Positions 53,772 through 64,000 of a stretch of DNA of 64,000 nt are shown piece by piece. The stretch's first letter is position 1, and the number at the start of each line of letters is the position of its first letter. Source of the stretch: Gnetum montanum (Eukaryota; Plantae; Gnetophyta); assembly GCA_015680685.1 (NCBI GenBank), contig MNCI01003070.1, positions 737,754 to 801,753 on the forward strand. Direction: 5' to 3'. Below the pieces are notes generated by a model. That model was not told the DNA's origin, made no database searches, and was given only the letters and a program-made list of their open reading frames with translations. A program made the translations under genes and the position numbers.

Positions 53772-56700
53772 TATACTGACCTAAATCATCAGTGTAAGGC
53801 TGGAAGGAAACAGACACCGAAAGATCATCGGGCATGCACAGCTGACCCTGCCTTTGCTTTGAGGGCAAACTGGAAAAGGAAATGAAGGTAGAGTGCCTTA
53901 GATGATCTACATGCAAATCAACCAAGGACTTCCCCAAGCGTAAACTATGGCTTGCGCTGGGGTTATCGTAACTTATGTCTTAAAACGTTAAGGATGCGCG
54001 TAAAATGTAAACAGGATCATAAAAACAAAGTATAACATAAACAGAATGTAAACTAAAATGTAGTAAACAAAGTGTAAATAGAACCTAAACTGAATATTAG
54101 ACAGAATAAATGAAAATACCAGTTGGTTGGCAAAATGAACTGAATTGTATTGCTTAATAAAAAAGGTATGCACTGGTCAAAGCGTAGCTACATGTGTGGG
54201 TGGCAGGTCAAATGCCTAGCCCCAAGGGATGATGTGACATGATGATGTGATGTAATGTGATGTGATGAAGTGCTTGGATGCTTGAAGTTGAGTGTGTTGA
54301 GCACCCAAAGATTCGTTGTTCTCAGAATTACTGATCTCTCCTCTTGCCAACCCCGATTCATGTGAATTGATAGGCTATTTATAGGGCTGGGCCAAGCTCA
54401 AGTGAAAAATTTCAGAATGGAATCAATGGTTGGGATTTAACAGGAAAATGGATCAAGTGACATGTGTCTGGTGGACAATTGTGCTTGGGTTGGATGCATG
54501 TTGGCGAGAGTTGGATGTATGTTGGCAGGCTACATTCTTGACCAGGTACATTGCATTTTACAACTCGTGGGTTACTCAAACTAATGAAAGTACACTTAAT
54601 TTAAATCGTGAGGGCCTAATATGCCCACAAATGAAGATTTATAATGAAATGTACAATAAGAGGAATTTGACCCAGCTCGCTTGACCATGGATCAAGTGCT
54701 GCAAGATGTCGGGATGTCAATTTGAGGTTGTTCGAGGCATCTCTATTTGACTAGGGCCTCCAACGTGAATTGTCTAGGCTTCAGTGTGTCTTTGGCATGT
54801 GTTAGACGTGTTTTTTGTGCAAACATGACTAGTAGTCACACTGCAATCATGCTGGGCATGACCTCAACATGACCTGAGCATGAGCCACGCTGGGTGTGAC
54901 CTCAACGTGACCTGAGCATGAGTCACGCTGGGTGTGACTTGAGCGTGAGGTGGGTAAAATGCAATTTTTGACACCAAATTTTGAAATTTTAAGCTTGTTT
55001 CTAAGTACAACTGCTGCCTGCCTGTGTGTGATCTAGATCTGGAAATTTGAGCTTGAATCTGTGTAATTTGGAGCCCAATTGGGTAGGTCACACTATCGTC
55101 ATGCTTAGCGTGACTTGCAGTGTGACCTAAAAACTTGCAATTTTTGACACTGGGTGCTGAACACTGNACAGTGTGACCTAAAAACTTGCAATTTTTGACA
55201 CTGGGTGCTGAACACTGGAATTTTGAACTTCGAAAAATTGACCTCTACTTTTGACTTGATTTGACATTTCTTGGAGTTGTTCATGTTGAGGGTGAGAAAA
55301 CTGCCTTGGGTAGGCTAGGTGTGAGCTCAATTCTTTAGCCAAATTTTTCCTTCTAAATGCTCAAAAGGGCTTGAGTCATTTTCATTTTAAAGTGCTAAGC
55401 TGAAATTAGTGGTGTTTCATTGGTCCCTCTTTGTTGACATCTAGAGGGATTCACCCAAGAGGCATTGACAAAGAAGTGCAAAACACCATGAACAACCAAG
55501 TACCAAACATTAACCATCAGCCCTTGGCTAGATGTCATTACTCTATTTTCAAAAGTACATGAGGGAATGTGGTTCAAGATGCAAGGGATTGGTTGTAACC
55601 GAGGGAAGTCAAGAGATGATTAAGGGTAAGTTGGGCCAAGGCCAACAAGCCTCAGTGTGAGTATGGGCTACAACCATCATTGCAAGGAAGGCCTGCTTTC
55701 CTTTTCGTTTTCTATCGTTAGGGTGACTGCCGAGTTACTACGGGGTTTTAGTGTCAATCAATTTTTGTTCTCTTTCTATGCCAATTGTGAGCACAAATTT
55801 CCCTATGGGTAGCATGAGCGCCTAGTTTATAGCATGAGTGGCCAAACATGCCCTCAGGGTGAATGGCTTGGACAGACGTCAGCATGAATGTGAGTTTGGG
55901 ACATCAGCATGCATTGGGAGGGAAGGTTAGCTGGAAGGCCCAACGTGAACTAATGTAAGAGCAGTTCCAGCGTGAGTGTGAGTGAAGGAAATCCTGTGTG
56001 AGTTGTGCAGTGTGAGCCCTCCATCCAGCGTGAGCCCTTTTGGCCACCGCATGAGTTTCGTTGGGGGAGGCTCATTACTTATTTCATGTTTATGCCACTC
56101 ATTTGTTTTCCTCATCCTTGCTTTAACAAATGTTTATGTTCTATAGTTTTGTGTGGATTTATTATGAAATGGAATTCAAACATAACAAACTAGATTTCAA
56201 TGTACCTCGACAAGTGTTAACTACACCAAATAAATATTGTTGCCCTCATCCCATGGGGTGGGATATTTGTTTATGTGATTTTTTTGGTTTTATGTGATGT
56301 TGATCTATTCATAGTTTTTGGATTTTTCACTTACCCAATATTTTGGTTATGTGCAGGGGACCTAAATCTTCTCTCCTCGTTATTGAGCTCGTCAGGGTAC
56401 TAGCTTGGTTTGGCCCCCTTGGGCTAGACACACCTCCCTATGACATGCGACTTGGGCTCCATGTAATATGGTTTTGTCCCAGCGGTATTTCGTTCTTATC
56501 ATTTATACTACAAAATTTTAGTGTTGTCATATGGTCTCATCTAAGTGAACAGATGGCTCATGATATTATTGAGACTATTTTGCCCAGGGCGACATAGGAC
56601 ATGCTAGCCTTCATTGTTGATATCAATAAGAAACTGTTTAGAGTGGAGGGAGGCCCTGTTGAGGGTCCTAGATCCAATTTCCCTTTAATCCATGTATGGG

Positions 56701-59700
56701 AGCTGCCTACTTGTAGTCATTACAACAGTAGCAACACACTTTTCCTAGCTCTCCATGTGCATGCCTTATTTCAGAACCCACCCGGGATGACACACAAAGT
56801 GGACAGGTATGCTACTTTGTGACTTGCTTTAACTTGTGATTTCTTTTTAATTTTATGTCATCATCTAAATGTGCATGTTGTTTCCCTATGTAGGCCCCAT
56901 TTTGATGAACATGGGATGTGTGATGATGATGATGGGCTTACTTTAGTGTGCACAGCGCTAGAGACTTTTATGGTGGACCCCATTCTTCGTGCCACAATGT
57001 TAGACCAAACCAAGATGACCCTTGTTGACTCCCACAAGAAATTTTCAAGAGCCTTTGAGTGTTGTGAGGCCCACGGTTGGTTACATAAGGATTGGTCTCC
57101 TAATGGGCCAATCTTTCCTCAAAGGATTGATCTTGTGCCCACCTCACCTTCACTAGTCATAGATGGTAGGTGACCGCTCCTTAAACTCCATTTTCCTTTT
57201 TTGTTGCATCATTGTGTGTCACACCACTTTTCTAACTTTTTCACTCTATGTTTGTCTTTTATAGTAGTCATCCCCCCTGAAGAAGTTACTATTACTATAG
57301 GGCATACTAAGGCTACACTTTTTACAAAGTACGGGGAAGTAGAGCAATCACAAAAATGGTTACAGAAGTGAGCTTCTAATTTGATAATCAGTCGTCTCAC
57401 TTGGGACAGTTTGATGGACCTGTTTACAGCCTTGACTCCTAGCATTCTGACTACTGAGATGGTTACGATTGTTGACTCTTTCAGTGTTGATGCTTCTCGT
57501 TTTACCACATGGGTTTGGGGAGTGAAGGTATCATTCCACCTAACCAGTGAGTTTCTTTCTGATTTTTTTGGTGTTCCCAAGGATGGCGTCATGGTAGCCG
57601 TGGATAAGGCAACTAAGGATGGACAAGTCATAAGGGAACTTGAACAGTGGTTGGGTTTTTCCAAGGGTCCCAAGGGATTTGCCATCCGAGAGGATACCTG
57701 ATCGACGGAAGTAAACTTCCTATATTCTCTCTTTTGGTCACGGGCGTTTCCCAAATATCTTTCTCAAGGGAGAATCCTTGGGATTGAGTTTGCACGTGTG
57801 ATGTGCGTAGTTTTGGAGACATGCATGCAATATAATTGGGCACAATTTCTAGGATCTGGCCTTCGTGGGGAAATTTTCAGGTTACGTTCAAGCGTACATG
57901 CAAAATCCCACTTCACCTTTGCTTTCTTTGCGGAAAACTTGCACAGGTTCACTGAATTCCTAGTAGTTCATGAGGATAACCATCATATTTTAAGGGACCA
58001 TTCGTAATTATCCCATTCTTGGATTCATCACTTATATAGCACCACTAGATCCCAGGACCTACCAAAAGACATTGGGGAGTCTGTATCGGTTACTAGTGAA
58101 GGTATGGCCAGCCGCTCTCATCATTCCCATGAAAGCTTGGGATTAGAACCACCCAGGCTGTGCACATCTGTTAAGAGGGCTAAACGCTTAATTGGTGAGA
58201 CTGTTGGAAAGTCCAAGGCAAAGGTGAAAGGAAAGGAATATGCAAAGGAATCTGCCCTAGACATGAGACCCCCAAGGGCAAAGAAAATTCGGTTTATACT
58301 ACTAGTTGAGGGTAAGTGGTTTGTCTTTTTTTTACTTTTTTGGTTTATATGCCATTGGATATATCTATGAGCTATACTTATACTAACTTTAAGGTCTTGT
58401 TGTTATTTCAGAGGAGAGTTTAGAGAAGGAGAGAGAGATCCTAGCTCCTATACCTAAGGAGAAAGGAAAAGAAAAGGAAGTAGTAATCGAGGAAGGAGAA
58501 ATTTTTGCCACACAAGAGGAGGAGAGGATAAGAAACATGGGAATGAAGCTTACGAAGGCCTTGGATGCACTTAGGAATTCAAGTGATGAAAGGGATATCC
58601 TTGATGTTTTCTTTAATGGATCTTTGCAACTTGGTGATCCACCAAGGCCAGATAGTGAAGGTCTTTTTGGTATGTTCCTCTTTAGCTCAATCTAGAATCC
58701 ATGTATTTTGATTTTCATGTGTTGTTCTTGACTATTTTAACCATTTTGGGGTAGATGCTGAAATACCTGGGGCACTTAAATTCTGAGAAGCTGCGTCAGG
58801 ATCACAGGTTCCAATTGAAGAAACCTCCCCTGCTCATCCCACATCAATTGACCCGTTGAGGCCATGGCTTGAGATGCCTAGGAAAATGGATTTTGTTACG
58901 GGCATTGTTGATGAGGTGGTCACCCACTTGCAAGAAGCTCATCTTGAACTAGGTGCGTGTACATTACATGTTATGCTAAGCATATGGTTTTATCATGTTT
59001 CTTTGTGTTTATTTTCAAGCATGCCTAATTTATGTGTGCACTTACAGGCACCAAACTTCAGTGGGATCCTTCTGAAACCACCCACATTGATGCTCTCCCT
59101 AAGTTACCAAGAGATATTGAGCAGGTCCCAAGAAAGATCTATGATATAGTTTCTGGTTGCATCATTTAGAATGCCAAGATAGTTTGGACTTTAAGGTGCT
59201 CAACTGAGTATCTATGGGATGAGGTTCACACATTCAAGGAGACACTAGCAAAAGAGAGAGAGGAGAAAAGGAATCTCCAATCTCATTATGACTTTGCTAC
59301 TGCTAGGTTGTCTGGTGATAGCACATGGTGCTCATCCAAAATCACCTATGCACGTTATTGGATGATTGTAAATAGTAAAGTGCAGGCAACATGGGACTTA
59401 GCAGAATAGGGAGCACAGATAGATTTGTTGAACAGGAAATGTCAAGATTGGAGATCCTTTGCTGCCAAAGTACAGAAGTGGGACCAAGAACAAAAGGACC
59501 ACAAGCATCAGTACAAGAAATGGTTGAAGGAAGAGTTAGTTGAACATCACCGGGTTGAGATGTTCATCGATGGGTTAGGTTTGCGGCCCTCTTATGATAG
59601 GTTTGTCGAGTGCACCGAGGTGGAGGGATCTCCAGACAGAACGATTACCACCACCTTTGGGGAGACTGTGATAGGCGGTCGACAAAGGCAAAGCACTCAC

Positions 59701-60420
59701 TGGTATTAACCTTGGCTTGGAGGAGGATTAGGCAAATGTGCCTAAAAAGAAGATTCTATGGCGTTTGGAGACCAGCTTGGGGCCTTCCTCACTTGTGAGG
59801 GTTTTATTGTGTCATTTATATTTGTATGATTTTATCATTTTTCATTGTTAGTGTTACTATTTTCTTGTTTTTTGTATTTATGATTTGCTTTATTACCCTT
59901 ACCTGTTTTGTTTTTTTTTCCGTTTTTCAATTTGTAGGGACATGTTAATGATGGGGCTGGCCCTAGTGGAGGAGGAGTGGTTGAGGAAGAGGATTTTGGG
60001 GATCAACCCCATTCATGAGCTTTGCATTAGTTAAGCTTAAACTATTTGATGTTTTTTGATTTTTGGATGTTTGATGGAATGTATAAATACTGATGTAATG
60101 GCCTAAATTTAATTGTGGTATAAAATGGTTGTATTCCTTCATTACCTTGATGTTCTATGTAAATATTTTTGTTATTTTTCATGTTTTTTATTGTTTTTCT
60201 TTGTTTTCTCGAGTATATGTGTGCAACTAAATGTAACATAAATTTCTAAAGTGTAAAGTGAGATGTAAGGTAAATACTTGGGAAAGAAGGCAACAACCGT
60301 GCAAGAATCTAAATCGTAACTTGTAACCTATAAGCGAAAATTCAATGTAAAATGATGGGAGTTCATAAATCTGTAACTTGTTGGCTCTAGTCTCCCTATG
60401 ACTTCGTGTACAGTAAATTA
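53772..60420 (-). mobile_element. 3' part of a second Tat-like element: LTR (about 53772-55520) and antisense cargo gene
   Basis: Reverse complement shares GCCCTATAAATA (54376-54387 vs 45824-45835), CCTAGACAATTCAC (about 54765 vs about 44979) and a CACTGATG terminal motif with the LTR at 44876-46472. Boundaries approximate. Confidence 0.6.
56357..60018 (+). pseudogene. Multi-exon cargo gene A of unknown function (at least 7 exons), antisense to its host element
   Basis: T-rich GT-AG introns at 56807-56893, 57166-57264, 58312-58411 (TACTAAC branch point), 58670-58754, 58953-59047 and 59795-59937. Last exon GHVNDGAGPSGGGVVEEEDFGDQPHS*. Several premature stops. Confidence 0.78.
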
Positions 60421-61000
60421 CCAATGCTTCCCATTCAAATTGAGCTCCGTACACTATCCACAGCATGTGACCTCAACCTTGACCTTGACCTAGCATAGAA
60501 ACAACAATTAGTAACCCTTAATTTGCTAGATGAAAAGCAACTAGCTGCCCTGTTATCTAACGAATTGCACAAGGCATTTAATAAGCAACATCATGACCTA
60601 AGGATTTAAAAAGTTAAGTATCAATCGGGAGATAAGGTTATCTATTGGAATCCCACAGATGTGCCACAACGTACTAAATTTCAAACACTGTGGAAAGGAT
60701 CTTATATTATTTATGCAAATTTTCCTTCAAGGGCCATGACAATATATAAACCTAAGAGCCTAGACAAGAAATTGTTGGTCAACGTGCAACAAACCAAACC
60801 TTTCCATGAGCTTAGGACAGCCAGTACACATGCTACCTCTGTTGATGGACAACCTTGCTCACTATTTTGAATCTCCTCCTTCCAACTTAGTTGTGGGGAG
60901 ATGGCCACCTATGTTAATCATTTTAGGCCCTCAGTTCTTTTTGAATTTTTGTTTTACACATTTTTCCAACTTTTTTTATTTTTTTACACCATTGTTCATA
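60421..61000 (+). pseudogene. Athila-like integrase C-terminal fragment
   Basis: Colinear with 23055-23600 (LPIQIEL, GDKVIYWNP, TLWKGSY, VNVQQTKPFHE). Confidence 0.85.
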
Positions 61001-61799
61001 TTTTTACTATTTCTTTGTTTCCTTGATTTACTTTTATTTGTCATCCAATAAGGCTTTATCTTTCATTTAAGACCTATGACCGGTTGACTTGGGACTTTGT
61101 AAATTTTAGCAAAGCCACACAGGCTAATAAATGAATTCTGTCCAAGACGTGTGAATGATTTAGTTTCACACTTTAATTGTCTGGTACATGCCCAAACAAT
61201 TCTGAAAGGAGACTGAACACACAAAAACACAAAGAATGCTAGTTCTTTAATGTAAGGCTATTTATAAAATATTTAAAAATACAAGTCAAGTTTGTATTAT
61301 TTTTGAATTTATATAATATTTACATAAATTATAAATGCAATATCTTCTGGTACAATGACATAGTTTTGTTTCCCTAATATTTTAAAGTAGCGAGGTAATT
61401 TTATTTATCATAAATACCACACATAAATATTGTTTATTGTACAACCTATTTTTATGGTTTCTAACACAATGATATGAGAAACTAGAGGTAGATCCACATT
61501 GGTTCATGGGTCCATCCATCCATATACATTGCATGTCCATTTTAATCATGATTATGTGCTTGCTATTAGGCAAGGGTAAGACTTAAAAATATGTTCAAAT
61601 TATATAAAAAATATATTATTTATTAATCAACCTGGGTAGAAGAGTGGTATGCATTTGCAATAATAACTACAAATGTGAGTGTTTCATTCCTTTTTTTATA
61701 AATTCTATATATATTAGTAAATATCTTTAGAATTTTTCACCTCATGCACTTAGTGAAGCACTATGTATAACCCTCTATATATATGTTATACATACTAGC

Positions 61800-61939
61800 T
61801 ATTGATACATAAATTTTGGATGCACCAACATCAGGGAAAGAAAACTCGTTTGAGAAGACTATTGCCTAGGATGCCTCTCATATAGGTATGGAAACTTGGG
61901 AATAGTTTTAGCTAGAGAGGGCTATGTAGCCTTTTGAAA

Positions 61940-61978
<39 letters not shown>

Positions 61979-62963
61979 TTAATTAGAATGAGTGTCTTGA
62001 ATTTAAGAATACAAAAAGTAACCAAAATAAATTTTCTTTGCTTCCCAACTGCTACTACCGTTCATCGTCATTGGTTGATTGCATACACTACCACAACCAA
62101 CATTACCTATAGCTTCCAGAGGAGAGAGAGAGAGAGAGAGAGAAGAGAAGAGGCTAGATGAAGGGGCCCGCTGATGCATCTCTAACGCATAGAGAGGGAA
62201 ATTTGTCCTTGTTTGGAGAACCTTGTCGGGGATGCACTGCCCATCAAAAATAGAATAAAATTGTAAAACTTGTGCCTACAACAACTACTATCAACTGTTG
62301 CAACATTGCAGCATAAAGAGAGAGAGAGAACAAGCCACCAGATCTCGCTATCACGTGCCTGTAAACGCGTTGTTGTCTCTAGTCCTACGTCTACCACTAC
62401 CATGGGTTTCTCATAAAATGGGAAATGAAAACCACCACCTCTTGATTTCCTGCTGAGATTTTTGACCATTGTCCACATAGCTCTACCGCTACTAACTGTG
62501 ACTAGTCTATTGTTAAGAATAAAGAAACAAGACTATAGAACCCGCCTGCCACAGTTGCACCGTTGTTGCCCCAAGAAAAATAGGAGAATAGAGAAAAACA
62601 TTCATCATCTGGTGGTTTCTCAACCCTTGCCCACCTACATGCACCTCAATGGAGAGAGACGTAGCTATTTAGGAAGAGACCTTGCTTTGTTAAGAAGGCC
62701 CTTGCTCTCCTCCCCCAACCCCCTCTCTCTATGTTGTCTACAATCTCTACTTTATAGTTTCCTGCTAATGACATTTCACCTTTCTGCACGTCGGTCCACC
62801 TTCTTGCATGTCAGTCCACCTCCCTGCACGTCAATTCACCTTTCCGCATGTCAATCCACCTTCTTGCACATTAACATTACTTGGTGAAACAATATATGAT
62901 TTTACAAGATAGTTTTGTTGATCATGGCCTCGTGCAATAGCATGGGTGAGATTGGCCACAACA
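61800..62963 (-). mobile_element. Solo LTR related to the 30669-32884 LTR family, TSD CTAGC
   Basis: The first ~130 bp match 30669-30800 and the last ~45 bp match 32840-32884. CTAGC at 61795-61799 and 62964-62968. Confidence 0.85.
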
Positions 62964-63629
62964 CTAGCATCTACTATGCAAATGCTATGTGTATTTTTAT
63001 ATGGTTTTCCCTAAATATGTACATTCTATAAATAGATAGCTCCATTCTTTGGCAACTATTTAATTGCAAACATTAAACCAGGGCATTGCATATTGGCATC
63101 TCCACTCAAATTTCAATCTTGGATAGGTGTAGAAACACCCTAGGAAATGTGAAATATAACTTAAAAATGCCATCACAACATTGATGGGATTTTTCATAGC
63201 CAATCACATTGATGCTTTGTTTTAAAATTTAAAACAACTATCCCCATTTTCTCGCTCTAATATAAATGTATTGAGCATTCAATAAAGAAAATTGTAACCG
63301 ATACCATGAAAAGGTAAGTATTTAATAGTGCACATTCTCAAGAATTAAGTTTGCCATGTAAAGTTGCATTGAATAGATAATGTGCGTTATCTTATCATCA
63401 GCATGCTCATGATGTTGCAGGCTTGAGGTCATGTCTTTATCTTGCTTTGGTTGTCGCCTAGGCCTTCTTTGTCTTCATCTTGTTCTTCTTTTATCAAAAA
63501 TACAACATGTCTCATAATTTTGAAAGATAAAAAACTACAAATTAGCATAGGGGGTCACCTTGTTATAAATATTGGAGAGCTATAAAATAATATTAGATAG
63601 GCTTTTAAAAAAATATAAATATGAAAGGT

Positions 63630-63950
63630 TATGACCGCAGAGCTTCTTGGGACGGCTGCAATCGCGGCCGCGGCAACCCTGACGACCACTGCACCGCGCC
63701 GGGGCCATCGAGGCTCACTCCCGTTCCAACCACACCTTGCGCCTTCGCATCCGTAACCCCCCTACTGACGGCGTGCGTACCATGGAATGGAGCCTCATCG
63801 GTCGTTTCATCTCCTAGGGGAGTCGCCCCCGGCTTGACCTGATACGGCGTTAGGTCAAGGAGCAGTGGAAACTGGAGGGAGTTACCGTCCGGAGCCTCTC
63901 GAAGGATCTGCTCCTCTTCGTCCTCCCCTCCCTGCAGGCCCGCGACTCTG
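63630..63950 (+). pseudogene. 5' end of a second LINE: ORF1 DUF4283-like fragment
   Basis: Frame from 63782 reads MEWSLIGRFIS*GSRPRLDLIRR*VKEQWKLEGVTVRSLSKDLLLFVLPSLQARDS. The region is GC-rich. Confidence 0.65.
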
Positions 63951-64000
63951 NCGAGAGGCTCCGGACGGTAACTCCCTCCAGTTTCCACTGCTCCTTGACC

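Noticed and set aside
55118-55217. ~49-bp exact direct repeat
   Set aside because: Straddles the N at 55167, so it is an assembly overlap.
63629-63988. 119-aa minus-strand ORF
   Set aside because: It crosses the N and the artefactual inversion. The informative frame is LINE ORF1 on the plus strand.
63853-64000. Perfect 49-bp inverted repeat (hairpin or miRNA-like)
   Set aside because: The second arm starts right after a single N (63951) and runs to the window edge. Other Ns here also flank ~50-bp duplications, so this is most likely a scaffolding artefact.

Overview
Land-plant nuclear DNA, probably from a fern or lycophyte-type genome (inferred from gene style and TE lineages). One intact host gene sits in nested, decayed retrotransposons. 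That gene is a two-exon, GC-rich L-gulonolactone-oxidase-like (GulLO) gene at 5000-7544 (-). A near-complete L1-type LINE with a perfect 16-bp TSD lies about 540 bp upstream of its ATG. A second, internally deleted GulLO paralog (17405-18040, +) still forms one open frame. The rest is mostly Ty3/gypsy. Athila-like material (TGATG..CATCA LTRs, tRNA-Asp-type PBS) includes a decayed gag-pol, a pol-less derivative with an accessory ORF, and a solo LTR. Tat-like material has a tRNA-Asn-type PBS. The most notable observations are: (1) two separate Tat-like elements each carry a homologous multi-exon gene of unknown function, antisense to the element, with two intron positions and phases conserved between the copies; (2) a non-autonomous element has a ~2.2-kb LTR but only 378 bp of internal sequence from PBS to PPT; (3) related Athila LTRs carry different repeat modules in U3. 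Duplications next to single N bases are treated as assembly artefacts. All comparisons were made by eye and no database search was run.
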